Shown here in pieces: positions 12,923-27,008 of a stretch of DNA of 64,000 bases. The number at the start of each line of letters is the position of its first letter. Position 1 is the stretch's first letter. A program made the translations under genes and the position numbers. The notes beneath the pieces are model-generated. The model saw only the letters and a list, made by a program, of their open reading frames with translations. It was not told the origin of the DNA and did not search any database. Source of the DNA: Octopus vulgaris (lineage: Eukaryota); the NCBI GenBank assembly GCA_951406725.2, contig OX597814.1, positions 89,776,001 to 89,840,000 on the forward strand, in the 5' to 3' direction.

Positions 12923-13380
12923 ACGTATGTATGAATTTATGCCTATATATTCATGTATATATACATACGTATACATATATATATACATATACATATATAT
13001 AGAGAGAGACGTACATACATAAATGTATATATATGTATAAATATGTACATATGTATGTATACGCGCAACGTATATTTTTTTGAATTAGGGCAAACGACTG
13101 TGAATCCAGATATATGATTGCCAATAGTACAGAAAATGAAAAGAAAACGTTTGGAAATTATGGTATTGATTGATCTAAGGCAATTGTAATATTTATTTCT
13201 TTCACTCGTTGTTCATTAAGTCTTTTGAATCCTAAATTATATATAACCACATTTATAGGACATATTTTCACGCGCATAGTATATGGCATCTATACTTTAT
13301 TCATACATACATACATACATAAATGCAAACACACACAGATACACGCATACATACATGCATACGTACTTACGTACATAGGC

Positions 13381-13433
<53 letters not shown>

Positions 13434-14439
13434 TATCTACACACACATGAATATATATATATATATATATACACACGCACATAAATGCACATACACATAC
13501 ACACTTGAACATTCACATACATATATCTATACCTACCTACCTACCTATATACCTACCTACCTACCTACCTACTCACCTACGTACCTATTTAACTCTCCTC
13601 TCTCTCTCTCTGTGTATCTGTCTATACATATATATACGTACATGTGTGTGTGTGTGTGTTAGTGTACTTTTGTCCAATTACAGTCAAATACACAATGACT
13701 CGTGGGTACGCATACGTATATGTACAGATATGTATGTGTATCCATGCATGCATGCGTACGTAACTTCGTGTGATCATTTCACCAGTTTGTACTTAGATTA
13801 ATAAGACGGCGTTTCATAAAAGTTAAGTCTAAAATAAATAGTAAAAAAGGACTAATATAATACGGCCTAGTTTAACACTACAATTCGATGCACTTTTGAT
13901 TGAATTCGACAAGCCTATTTACATTTTGACTTATGCGCTGTCATTTCTTGGGATGTTTTTTTTTTTTCTCTCATTGTTCTTCAATCGTTATTTTTGCTAT
14001 ATCTCAATCGAAATTCAATCTAGATCTGTGTGTCCCTTTAGAGTGGTGCCAATATATAAGTTTTGATATGATTGAATGAGATTCACCAAATGGAAAACAT
14101 AAGTGGCGTTGGGAGATTAGAATGCCAGCGTTCTTAAGAGGTCCCTTTCTTTGGAAAATATGTTAGAAATTCTGTTCAAGGAGCGCGAATCGATTCCATT
14201 GTAGGATATTTATTGCACTGATTCTTCTCAGTGCCAATCACGGTTAATATTTTCAAATTCTAATACTTGATTGAGGTATCCTTTTACAATTTGGCGTGTT
14301 TTCAGATTCCCACTTTTTCAAATGCTATTGCCAACATTATGAAATATAGTTTTACATTTTTGTTTTCTATTTTAATTATAAATGCTTTAAATAATGTACG
14401 AAACCAAATGAACGACACCGCTGGCCACCAGACATATCT

Positions 14440-14605
14440 GTATAGGCAAGAAGCTTGCTTCCCAACCATGTGGTCTTGGGTTCAGTTCCTCTTCGTGGCA
14501 CCTTGCGCAAGTGTTTTCCAATATAACTCTGAACCGACCAAAGCCTTGTGAATGGATTTAGTAGACGGAAACTGAAAGACGCCTGTGATGTGTGTGTGTG
14601 TATAA

Positions 14606-14636
<31 letters not shown>

Positions 14637-14638
14637 TG

Positions 14639-14672
<34 letters not shown>

Positions 14673-14905
14673 TATGGTATGTGTGCTTGCGTATGTATCT
14701 ATGTGTGTGTTTTTGTGTTTGTGTTTCGTTTGCTCCTCACCACTGCATTACAACGGGTATTGTTTTGTTTACACCTCTGTAAATTAGCTGTTCGATAAAA
14801 TAAAGACCACACTTAAAAAATAAGCAATTTTGTCAATTTCTTCGACTAACCCTTTCAAGTCAGTGTCCCAGCATGGCCGCAGCACAATGTCTTGAACAAG
14901 TAAAG
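14440..14905 (+). mobile_element. SINE family A, diverged
   Basis: aagaagcttgcttcccaaccatgtgg head, conserved body, (TATG)n centre and cagcatggccgcag tail. Confidence 0.75.
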
Positions 14906-14981
14906 AAATCACTAAAAAACCCCTTCCTTTCCTAATACTCTACGAATAAATATAATTTGTATAAATATCATTAATCTACAC

Positions 14982-15593
14982 GAGTGGTTCTCCACTATTT
15001 TTGTTACCTATGGAACTCCTTTGTTTCCTATTTTACTCAGATGGAGCCATTTGCTGTTTATAAACTCCTATTATCTCTTATATAAAATCCGTTCTGTGTG
15101 TGTGTGTGTGACTTCTAGGATCTCGGGTATCCTCCATCCGATTGCGCTCAAATTTGATATGTAGATACCGACGGTATCAGGGCGTGTCTAAGTCTTGAAA
15201 ACATTACAAAAATCCATTCCAGGTGATAATGGGATCGATAAAGCTGTGGGAAATCGTTTTTTCTTTTTTGGAATAGAAAAAAGTCTATCTTTGTTTCTTC
15301 TTTTGCTGGTGTCTCAAATTTAGGTTAAATCAGTGTTTCTCAAAGGGGAGGCCTATGGACGGTCGGACAAGTTGTTTTGAGAAAATTTGGTTTAAATGTT
15401 TGACAACTCAGCACCGTCCATTGGACTCTGGGCGTTTTGCTCGTATTTATATAATTAAATATTATTAGGAATTGTATAAAAATTATTAAAAATATTTTGT
15501 GTATTGTAGAAGTATAACCAATCTATTGCAGATAAATTCTAACAATATCTTATGTGGATGCCTAAGGGTCGTACGAACCCCAATGAACCGCTG
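14982..15593. mobile_element. hAT-type MITE interrupted by a Helitron-like insert
   Basis: Ends gagtggttc / gaaccgctg; 8-bp target duplication atctacac / atttacac; related to 18580-18901. Confidence 0.7.
15074..15443 (+). mobile_element. Non-autonomous Helitron-like element
   Basis: Starts TC after A (tctcttatataaaa, then (TG)n); ends CTCG (CTAG-like) before T after a GC-rich subterminal stretch; no TSD. Confidence 0.55.
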
Positions 15594-16069
15594 ATTTACA
15601 CCTTCGTTTTATTTAAACCGTTCAGCGTATGTAAAATTTTCAATAACGTTCCAAAAATTTTTTTTTCTTTCAAAATATACTGATTGGAAAGCAAGGAAAT
15701 ACAGAAACTAAATCAAATGCAACAAAATAAAAGTTATAATCTATCCCCGTCTCCTCCTCCAAAACGATAAATAGCTGACATTTTGAAAAACAAAAGCAAA
15801 AACAGAAGCAAGGTAATTTGAATTTATGAACGCCATTGGTGGAAAGTAACATCTACTCTTTTCTCCAATGAAACTGTATAATATACATGTAATAAATCAG
15901 CATTGATTATAAACCTTTCTTTTATAGGAAAACCTGCAGAACCTCTTTGTTCGTGTCACATTGGCATTCACCTATAGTTTATTAACGAATGAGATTGCAG
16001 CTATAAATCTCCCAGCATATTAAATCTAACGTTTTAATATTGATGTAGTTATTGATAACCTCGATGTTA

Positions 16070-16097
16070 TTGTTGATGATGATGGTGGTGGTGATTG

Positions 16098-16143
<46 letters not shown>

Positions 16144-16562
16144 GGTGATGATGATGATGGTGATGATGATGATAATGAATACGAAGACGAAGACGATGAT
16201 GATGATGATGTCGATGATGATGATAATGGTGATGATGCTGATGATGCAGATGCTGATGATGAAAATAATGATGATGATAATGATGATGATGATGATCATC
16301 ATCATGATCATGAACATGATAAGTGTACATGCAAGTAAAATCAAAGTAACAATGTGACATGTCTTCGTAATCATCATTACCACTACTACCACAACCATCA
16401 ACGTCACCACTATAACCACCACTATTACACCAACACTGTCACTACTAGCGCCACACGAAAGACACCACCACCACCACCACCACCACTACCGCTACCACCA
16501 CTACCGCTACCGCTACTACCGTCGCCATTACCACAACCACAATAAAAACCACCGTCACCACC

Positions 16563-16593
<31 letters not shown>

Positions 16594-17709
16594 CAACCAC
16601 CGCATTCACAATAAAAGCCACAGACATTGTTTCTATGTGAAAGCAAAACAACCATTTACGTCACTGAGACGTCGTTACGGTCGCCATTAGTCCGCTGTTG
16701 TGTCATCCATAACCATTGCAATTACTATCTTTCAAATAGATGTGATACTTATTGAGTGAGGAAAAGGTGTAAATGGATATAATTATGCTCGTGTCCATCA
16801 TACGCTGCAGGTCACACTACACTACCTCTGTCGATACCATCAGAGCCTCTCATTTGCCATCATCCTTTTTGAGAGATACTTCAACATTGTTAAAGGATCC
16901 CGTTGCATTCGTAAACACAACGTTTCACTGGTTCAACGACCAGCGATAAAAATATGAAAAATGATCGGAGTGAATGAACAGAGAACAGCAGTGGCGATAG
17001 TAGCAGCAACAACAGCAAATGCAGATGCAGTAGCAACAGCAATAACAGCGGACTTAGCAGCAATGGCAACAGCGGTGAGAAAAATATAAAAATGGCGACA
17101 ATTTCATAACACGGCAGTATCAAGAATACATCTTTAACAGTGATGAATATGCAGCAAGCGTGATCCGTTCACCCATTAATACCCATTACGATCCATTATG
17201 ATGTCCAACAGCATAAACATAGCTGGCAAACCAAACAACACTGCCAACTTCTCTTGCGTTTTCATCACCACCACCATCAGCGTTGTCGCCCTCGTCATCG
17301 TCGTCGTCGATGTTATCGTTGTCAATGTCGTCGTCGTCGATATCGTCGTCGTCGTCATCATCATCATCATCAACATCATCATCAATCATTATCAGCAACA
17401 TCATCGTCGTTATCATCATCATCATCATCACCAACAGCATCGCCACCACCGCTCACACCACCGCTACCGCCACGGCTACCACCACCACCACCACCGCCTC
17501 CACTGTAAAGCGTCTGATCCTAGACAGGATCTGTCTCCTGACATTTTCCAAACATTCCTCTTTCAACATTGATGGCGACAAATAAAGGAACTCATTGCTA
17601 CATTAGCATCAACAGTATGTATTACTCTGTACGATCGCCACCATTATCTATTGCCTTGATTGCACCACCACCACCACCACCACCACCACCACCACCACCA
17701 CCACCATCC

Positions 17710-17770
<61 letters not shown>

Positions 17771-17785
17771 TACTACTACTACGGC
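16070..17785. repeat. Compound trinucleotide microsatellite field (GAT, CCA, CAT/CGT, TAC)
   Basis: Directly visible; source of the poly-Met/His/Pro/Ser ORFs in the track. Confidence 0.9.
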
Positions 17786-18059
17786 AGAGTCTTTAATCAG
17801 TCGGTATAGATTCCTTAGAAATAGCAGCCAAATGCACTTCAAACAATACACTGATGTTTGCTATGTCTGTATGATCGTGGTTCAAATGTATTTAATCTCA
17901 GGTACCCTCAGCATGATCATATCTGTAGCTAAAGCGAAAAACTAATAAAGACATACAAATTTCGAAAAAAAAAAAGAAAGATTGGTGAAAGACTACATGA
18001 CATCCAGCACTAGTAGAAATAGCAGCCAAATCGCTAACAAATTACACGCTACTATTTTA

Positions 18060-18410
18060 ATATTGGCTTCAAATGTTCGGTCAAAGCCATCAACTTCAGA
18101 GGAGGGTTAAATCGACTGGTACTTATTTTATCGATTCTGAAAGAATGAAATGTAAAGTCGACCTCAACAGAATTTGAACGCAGAATATAAGACGGAAGAA
18201 ATGCCACTAAGCATTTTGTCCGGCGTGCTTACGGTTCTGCCAGCACGCCGTTTTCGTACCGTTTTGTTATTTCTAACACACATTGATTTCAAATTTTGGG
18301 TGGGGGTAAATCGATTAGATCAACTTTAGTGCTTAACTGGTACTTATATTATAGACCCCGGAAAGATGAAAGGCAAAGTCGTCCTCGGCGGAATTTGAAC
18401 TTAGAACGAA
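18060..18410 (-). mobile_element. SINE family B, two diverged copies
   Basis: Conserved block actggtactt..tttatcga...gatgaaaggcaaagtcgacctcggcggaatttgaac; tRNA-like head at ~18252. Confidence 0.7.
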
Positions 18411-18579
18411 TATTTCTAACACATATCGGGCACTGTATACATGTATCGAGTGAGATAGGCAACACTGTTACTGTTATAAAGCGCTTGTGTCTGCACGGCA
18501 AGAAATGGCTCTGGGACCATGAAACAACAAAAAACAAAAGCAAATGTCACGCTTTGGACTACTCATAGTTTATGTAAAC

Positions 18580-18901
18580 CAGTGGTTCTCAGCCATTTAA
18601 AAAAATCTATGGATCCCTTTCATTACTGTTTATTCTGGTGAATCCCCATAGCTATTTGATGTTTAAATTAAATTTATAGAAACCCCTTTCTATTTCCTAT
18701 TTTGTTTTTCACACATTCACTTGTGTAGGTTGAACTATGTAAAATGTTAGAGAAAGAAACCTAGCTGTTTCTTGCAGGGGCATTTTTTCAGAGACCCTCA
18801 AAAATCTATTGAGGACACCCGATTTACTATTTTGTTGCGTTGACCCCCAAAACCTTATACGGATCCTCAGGGGCTATATGGACCCCTGTTGAGAAACACT
18901 G
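18580..18901. mobile_element. hAT (Charlie-like) MITE
   Basis: TIRs cagtggttctca / tgagaaacactg; 8-bp target duplication atgtaaac / atgtagtc. Confidence 0.8.
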
Positions 18902-19375
18902 ATGTAGTCAATACTATCTGCCAGTCTATCTGTCTTATAGGCTTCAAGGTTTTGCCGTTACGTAACAATACAAAACCGACACCCGGGCTGGCATGGCATC
19001 TTGTGCACTCCTCTCATTCGTCCTTACAAGCATTTCCCCCGTGTGTTAGGTTTGCCTTCGAGTCGTTTTGGGAGAGTGAGTTGTTGTTTTTGCTACTGCT
19101 ATTGTTGTTCTTATTTTCATGTCACTGGTATCGTTGATGAAGTCACTATTGTTGTTGTACTGTCATTTTTGTTATTGTTGCAGCTGGCGTCGTGTTTTGT
19201 TAATGTTGATAAAAACTTTTCCTTACTGTTGTCATTACCACTATTGTTATTGCTGTCGTTGTTCTTGTTTTTGTAGTTTTCGTAAAAATATTCTCTAATA
19301 ATGTGGTTGTCGTATGAGAAGTTTCCCTGCAGCTTCTTTGTTGATTCTGACGCTATAATAACAACAGCAACAACA

Positions 19376-19424
<49 letters not shown>

Positions 19425-19744
19425 GCCCACCCATCACGCACAAACAAATGAAACGAAATAGGATATGTAAAATTATATGTATAATTTGGCAGTCACCTTT
19501 TTCACCCAGTGAAGTAGGGCCTCCTAATCAAAGTTTAAAAAATACAACTGTAAATATATTGTTTTCAACAAAATTTGAACTTCGGGACCCGGCACGAACG
19601 GCAATAATAGCAACAACAGAAACATCAATCATCATCATCAACAACAACAACACCAACAACAACAACACCAACGTCATTAACAAAAACAGCAAGAACAATA
19701 ATAATGAGCTACAAGAGAAAGTAGTAGTAGTGGAAGGAGAAGAA

Positions 19745-19775
<31 letters not shown>

Positions 19776-20801
19776 CAAGGCTACATTATATATTTGAAAG
19801 AAATATATGTGCATGTATTTGTGAAGGGACATTTTCTCTGCACATATTAAAGGTAGATGGATCTATTTTGAACTTCTAAATTGTGTATCCATTAATATCT
19901 GTAAGAAATTTTGCTATGTAATTAATGTGCTTGAAGGTATTTCTATTATATATCATTTTATTATACGACACGTATCCTAGCTCATCATTTGGTAGTGGGC
20001 ATGTGTATACTTAATAACTAAATAACTTGCTAAAAAAGGCAGCATTTCTGAAAAGCAAAGAGAGAAAAATGATTTTCCTTTGTAGTCATCGATAAAAGTA
20101 TAATGGACTTTCTAGCTTCAGTAGCTTCCGAGATATCTTATCTGACACTAAAGCAATCAATCATACTAACAAATGAGGGAAATAATGGTAACTAAGGTTT
20201 TGGTGTTCGGTTCTGGTATGAAATGGTGGTGGTGGAGTATAAAACAAAACAAAAAGCTACATGTATTATTATTATTAAACAAACCAGAAACGAATAACAA
20301 CGACAAGAAACAAAGACAAGACAAACAGTTCAGGATAATCCAAACAAGATACCTAGCTACAGTAATGGCTCTATATCCAGCCAGTGATTGATTTGTAAAA
20401 CCAAACCCACTGCTAAAGAAACAAGCTCTATAATCAACATAGTATTACAGTTGCACATTGAAAATGAATTACTGCGTTTAAGCATAAAGTAACGTTCATT
20501 TGAAAATAAAAATACTGGAAGCAAGTAGACATTATGCCCCATTACGTAAAGACGAAGCTAAACTTCTGCATCGGACGTTTAGACAGCTACTATATACATT
20601 AAAACTACACTGCCCAGTAACAAAAAAAGAGAAACAAACAAAAAGCAAAAATAAAAAAAAAACGAAAAAGATAATAGTGAGCTGTAAGGACACTGTGAGT
20701 GACATCAGGATTATGGTCTCCTTATATCCTTTGCCATTAATCTCCCCGATCTCTCAAGAAAATTTAACTCAGTTATGTAATCTTCGGGAGCCGATGCGAC
20801 A

Positions 20802-20941
20802 TAGGATTAGGATTAGGGTTAGGGTTAGGGTTAGCGTTAGGGCTACCGTTACGGTTATGGTGAGAGTCAGAGTTAGGGTTAGGGCTAGAGTGAGGGTAAG
20901 TGTAAGGGTTAGGGCTAAGGTTAGAGTTAAGGTTAAGGTTA
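20802..20941 (+). repeat. Degenerate interstitial (TTAGGG)n array, ~23 hexamers
   Basis: ttagggttagggttagggttagcgttagggc...; the 6-bp phase is kept throughout. Confidence 0.8.
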
Positions 20942-21719
20942 ACGACATAGTCCAAAACAAACGATAACAGCAAAAACAACAAAAACAACAACAATAATGA
21001 GCTTGAGAAGTAGTAGTAGTAGTAGAGGGAGAATACATTGAGTTGTCGGGACAGTATGACTGACATCAGGATTATGTTATCCATATGTCATTTGGCATGA
21101 AACTCCTTGCTCTCTCGAGAAAACCTTCCCAGTTACGTAACACCTTTGCCTGTAATGGTCTCTCCTTTTTACATTCATTTATATCTACCATAGTAGAATA
21201 CAGTAACTACTTTCTCCTGTATTCTCCAACAACTAGAGCTGACCCGAGGTTAAACAATAGCAAGAAGAAATACAGGAATAAAGCAACAGCTTCTACGTGG
21301 TGGTTGCTTGACCTACTAGGATTAATAACCAAATCTCATTCAGATCACAAATTGCTGTCTTAAATAAAGAAAAGACACACTTGATAAAGTAAGCATGCGT
21401 GCTATACAAAAACGAAAGAAAACCAAGACTTAAAATAAAACAAAATTGGTTTTGCATTCACGGAAAATCCTTTCATCATAGGTCAGCTAAACAAAAACGA
21501 CAAAAACCAAAGCAACAATAGAATCAGACCAGCAGCAGCAGAAGCAGTAGCAGCACCATTAACAACGGCAACGGTAACAGTTATATTACTCGAGACTACT
21601 TAAAAGAAACTAATATCTATTACTATTGCCGGCAAAAGAAACTGTAACAAGAAAACAATGAAAAAAAATAGAATTGTAGACGTCAGCATTGCAATCAGCT
21701 CCTTCAATGAAAGCGGCTG

Positions 21720-21847
21720 CAAGAACTACTACTACTACTACTACTACTACTACAACGACGACGACGACCATCACCACTACCACCGCCGCTACCAAACCAC
21801 CAATACCACTACTACTTATACCACCACCACAACAGTCGCTGCTGCTG

Positions 21848-21891
<44 letters not shown>

Positions 21892-22570
21892 GCTACTACT
21901 GCTGCTACTGCAGCTGCTGCTGAAGATGGTGATGATGATGATGGTGATGACGACGGTGATAATGATATCACTGTGCTATTGCTAGCCAAATTGAAAGGTT
22001 CTAAATATTGGCTCGACTTGCTAGAAGTAGCGGCCAAACCTCCTTCTAAATTCTATGTTACTGTTATTAAAACATTAACAAGCTTTAGATAAAGTAACCA
22101 TAGAAACATGGTTGAGAGAAAAAAAAAACGATAGGAGGTTCTAGGACTGAATACTTTTGCTCACAGGCAGCTATAACTACATAACCATCATCATCATCAT
22201 CATTATCATCATCATCTTCATCATCGTCATCATCATCATCGTTGTCAGCGTCGTCTTCATCATCATCATCATCATCATCATCGCCGTCGTCATCGTCGTC
22301 ATCGTTGTCGTTGTCGTCATCATCATCATCATTGTCGTCGTCTTCATTGTCGTCGTCATCATCATCATCATTGTCATCATCATCATCATCTTCGTCGCTG
22401 TCGTCGTCGTCATCATCATCATTATTGTCGTCGTCGTCGTCATCATCATCGTCATCGTCTTTGTCGTCGTCGTCTTCATCATCATCATCATCGTCATCGT
22501 CATCGTCTCCTCCTCATCATTATCGTCGCCGTTGTGACCACCAAAACCACCACCACCATCATCATAATCA
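21720..22570. repeat. Compound trinucleotide microsatellites (TAC, GCT, GAT, CAT/CGT)
   Basis: Directly visible. Confidence 0.9.
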
Positions 22571-23031
22571 TCTTTTAACATTAAGGTACTGTAAAACAAA
22601 ATAGCCTAAGATTCTTATCTTGACCGTACCATCTATCAACGGTGTGTTGTTTGTTCGATGTTTGACGTAAGATTCTTAATTAGAACACCTGCCAAGTTTG
22701 CCTGGGAAATATGGAAAAACTAATGGAAGCAAAATTAGCGAGAGCAAAAACAAAAAACAAAAATCTAATAAAACTGAAACTAAAACCCAGAAACTGTTTT
22801 ATATTATTGTGAATGTTTACTTTCATTGTTTTTTCCTCCTTTGTGATTGTACAATAATGAATTCTTTTCCAAATTCGTTGATGACCGACGTTGCCGTTGG
22901 TGTATATTGATCGGTTAGCAAGTTCAAATAGAAAAAAATTGTATGAACAGTAGCATAACTCAGTAACGAAAAACCCTCAAAGAATATATGCGTGTGACGT
23001 ATATGTATGTAGGTGAGCGTATATATATATA

Positions 23032-23090
<59 letters not shown>

Positions 23091-23091
23091 A

Positions 23092-23186
<95 letters not shown>

Positions 23187-23826
23187 ATATACAGCAATAA
23201 GAAAATGGAAGGGATCACGAGGTGGTATTCATCAACGTTTAGACATTATATCATATCTATTTATTAAAAAAAAACAATTATAACACTATACCTACATGTA
23301 TAACATATTATGCTTTACATATATAATATATAAAAATATCAGTAATTGTTAAAATATAGAACGTAGAGCATAGAAATTAGGATAGCATCTTACAACTGTT
23401 TCAGCCAAGAGGCCGAAGTACCCCGCTCTACTCCCATCCCTTCAGTGAACTGAAGTATTTGGTAGATAAGATTAAGTTACTTGGGTGTAACTAAGTTACT
23501 GGGCTTCGACAGAGAGTTTAGAAAGCTCATTAGGCTAAGATATAAATATAAATATATACATATTTACATTCTTTTACATATACATACATATACATAAATA
23601 TACATAAACACATATATATATATTTATATGTATATGTATATGTATATGTATACAAAAGAATCAATTATTATTATTATTAGGTGTATTATATTATTCTTAT
23701 TAGATAAAGTATAAACAGAGGAAGGAGAAAGTTATCAAAGGCGAAATAATAGTGGAAGTTAAAAAATCAATATATCTTAAGATTATTGTAGTTATGTAGG
23801 AATGAAAAGGTACATAAATGAGGAAT

Positions 23827-23866
<40 letters not shown>

Positions 23867-24171
23867 ACGTACAAACATACCCATAGGTACATACACATTA
23901 CATGCGTTGAGAAGGGAGGATTATTGCAGTAGTTCGTATTTTTCTTTTTATATAATTATAATAATTATGCACAAACATATATATATGCGATATATTTTCT
24001 ATTGGGGGCTTTAGACAAAGGTCCGCAATAAGTGGGTTAGAGTTTATATTAATACCTGTGATATTAGTTGGTACTAAAAGTAATAAATTCTACCAGCAGT
24101 ATATTGGATAGAGATTATCCCTTAGTTGGTTGGGTTCACTACTTCTAACTCTCTTGGAATTATACATACAT

Positions 24172-24253
<82 letters not shown>

Positions 24254-24276
24254 CTATATATATATACTCGTATATA

Positions 24277-24441
24277 GGCGCAGGAGTGGATGTGTGGTAA
24301 GTAGCATCCTTACCAGCCATATGGCTCCGGGTTCAGTCTCACTGCGTAATGCCTTGGGAAAGAGTCTTCCACTATAGCATCGGGCCGATCAAAGCCTTGC
24401 GTGTGGATTTGGTAGACGGTATCTGACAGAAGCCGGTCGTA
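24277..24441 (+). mobile_element. SINE family A, 5' half (likely 3' half at 26820-26959)
   Basis: Head ggcgcaggagtggatgtgtggtaag through gaagccggtcgta, ending in (TA)n. Confidence 0.75.
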
Positions 24442-24678
24442 TATATATATATATATATAATTAATGTAGGATAAATTTTTTTTCGGGAAAATTTTTTTAT
24501 CAATGGCCAGCATATTAAAAAATACCTTTAAAGGTTAAATTTATAAATAATTTGCAAGATAAGGGCAAAAGAAAAATTCTAATGCCAAATATGCCGAAAA
24601 AAAGACGAAACTTTTCAATAACCATTATAATTTATGCGTCTCGAAACAAACCGATAGAAATCTCTAAAAAATTCGTTA

Positions 24679-24739
24679 TTACCGTATTGGTCCAATTTCG
24701 GGGTTAATTAATAAGAAATTTCCTCCTCTTCAGCGGCAA
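24679..24739 (-). ncRNA. Hammerhead ribozyme in a ~330-bp (TA)n-flanked unit
   Basis: Minus strand: stem I ttgccg/cggtaa, CTGAAGA, stem II closed by gg/cc, GAAA, stem III ttggaccaa, AUA site. Confidence 0.8.
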
Positions 24740-24809
24740 ATACGCGAGATATAAGTGAAATACTTACTCAAACCCACGGAAGAAGCAAGCAAATTATATA
24801 TATATATAT

Positions 24810-26527
24810 GGAAAAAAGTCAAGATAGAAAATGCAAAAATAATTTTATAAAAATCATCTCAGTACCAGTTTCAGTCATTGAGACTTTTTAACTGTAACAA
24901 TTAAACAATTTAATTAAGAAGAATTAAAAGAATTTTTTTTTTTAAAAGAGCATTTGTATAGTGTTCAAATACAAGTGGCATTTTCCTTGCTTCTGCCTGT
25001 CTCTGTCTCTCTTGTGGGTTCGAGGTCGTTATAAATTCTTGTTAGGGAAGAAGAAGAAGGAGAAGAAGAAGAAGAAGAAGAAGAAGAAGAAGAAGAAGAA
25101 GAAGAAGAAGAAGAAGAAGATGACCCACGGTGGATGGTAGCAATCGCTTTTCAATTTATGAAAATATTTCTTTTGAATGTTTTGTTTATAAAATTTGCGT
25201 AGGTGTTATTCTAAACAGCATTAGTGATAAAGTTAGGAAGGAGAAAGGAGGAGAGAAAGAAGAAGAAGAAGAAGAAGGAGAAGAAGAAAGAGGAGGGAGA
25301 ATAAGAAGGAATGTAGGTAGCGTGAAAGTAATAAGGTGTATATGTTCAAATGACTAAAATTGGCACGTTATGGATTATAGCAGTGATTGGGATTGTTTTT
25401 TTAATGAATTCTTGGGAATCTCTTGAGTGTATCATTTTTAATATTTGCGTGTTTTTTTGTGTTATTCTAAGGCCATGGTGGATATGTCGTTTGTCGTAGA
25501 CGAGTTCAGAAAGGGCCTGTATTTTGTAATAAAGAGAGTCTTTTTACTAATTCGTTGGCTCCAGGTTGTATTGTCCTTGAATTGGTAGAGGGGAAAAATT
25601 CTGAGGCTTGGATTTTTGTTATTGGCGCAAATGCCCATGTGTTGGCTGAATGCTATTTTTCTGTTTGGGGTAAATTTTATCTGGGATCTGTGCAGTGCCA
25701 TTCTTTTACGTAGACTGTTTTTGTTTGGCCTATGTATTGCTCTTGACACCCAGAGCAGGTTAGTGCGTATATCAGGTTCTCTGAAGCACATGTGAAGTTG
25801 CTTTTCACTGTGAAACGTTGTCCCTCTTTGAAGGAGAACACTGATCCCTCAATTAGATAATCGCATATCCCACAATTGGGTCTTCTACATTTTTTTACTG
25901 ACGGCTTCTGTGTTGTTGAGCTTATTCGGGCTTGTGTTAGGAGACTTTTCATAGATGTGGGCTGTCTCTTGCTTTTTATGATGGTGTGTGTTTGGAGGAT
26001 TAAGTTCATTCTGTTGTCCTTTTTTAGCAGGGTTATGTTTTGGAGGATGGTGTCGAAGGCTTCATTGTTGAGAGGGCTGTGTGTGGGGATGTATGGTAGG
26101 GCTTTTATTTGTTAATTTTTCTTAATTTGGGATGTCTGAGTTCCTGGATGTTGAGTTGGAGGACATTTTGAAAGCATATGTCAATTAGTGAAAGTGAGTA
26201 GTACCTGGTGATGAGTGTGGGGTTTGCATTAGAAACTATAGTACATATCATTTTTGCTAGGTTGAAGGGGATATTCATTCTGGTGTGTCTGGGGTGGCAT
26301 GAGTTGAATGATAGATATTGCTTGGAATCCGTAGGCTTATAGTAGATATCTGTTTCTATTACGTTCTTAGATTTCTTAATGAGGATGTCGAGGAAGGGGA
26401 GTTGCTGCTGGTTATATTCCATCATTGAATGTTTACGTCAAGTCCATTTAAAAGTGCTTGGAATTCTTTAAGTTTCTCTATATTTTCATGCCAAAGAATG
26501 AATCAGTCATCTAGGTATCGCTTCCAG
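24810..26527 (-). mobile_element. Decayed 5'-truncated Neptune-type Penelope element
   Basis: Broken frames: WKRYLDD, LPFLDILI...DIYYKPTDSKQYLSFNSCHP, KCRRPNCGIC linker and GIY-YIG NLIYALTCSGCQEQYIGQT; hammerhead relic near 24858-24897. Confidence 0.9.
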
Positions 26528-26593
26528 TTATTTTCTATGTAGAGGGAGAAAGGACTGCCGTATCTTTATATATATATATATATAATGTATGTA

Positions 26594-26631
<38 letters not shown>

Positions 26632-26642
26632 GTATGTATGTT

Positions 26643-26685
<43 letters not shown>

Positions 26686-26819
26686 GGCGGTGCATCAGCA
26701 TAGCCGCAGCTCTGAGCAAAAACTAGAGAGAAAAAAAATTTTTTTTAATATATATATATATATATATTTGTGTGTGTGTGTGTGTGTGTATATATGTATT
26801 TGATTGTGCGTCTATGTTC

Positions 26820-26957
26820 TCGAAACTTAGACCCAGAGAATAAATACTAGTCTTACAAAGAATAAGTTCTGGGGTCGATTTGCTCGACTAATGGCGGTGT
26901 TCCAGCATGGCCATAGTCAAATGAATGAAACAAATAAAGGATTACACGAATAAAAGA

Positions 26958-26959
<2 letters not shown>
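26820..26959 (+). mobile_element. SINE family A, 3' half
   Basis: ttacaaagaataagttctggggtcgatttgctcgactaatggcggtgttccagcatggcc tail. Confidence 0.7.

Positions 26960-27008
<49 letters not shown>

Noticed and set aside
15982-22604. Poly-His, Met, Ser, Pro, Val and Ile ORFs
   Set aside because: Trinucleotide repeats open in several frames on both strands; no domain or credible splice structure.
23383-23541. Hammerhead-like motif on the minus strand (CTAATGA ... GAAA cagttg TA)
   Set aside because: G5 mutated, stem I displaced and a very long stem II; relic only.
24858-24897. Hammerhead relic at the 3' end of the decayed Neptune
   Set aside because: Stems are recognisable but the core reads ttaaaa.
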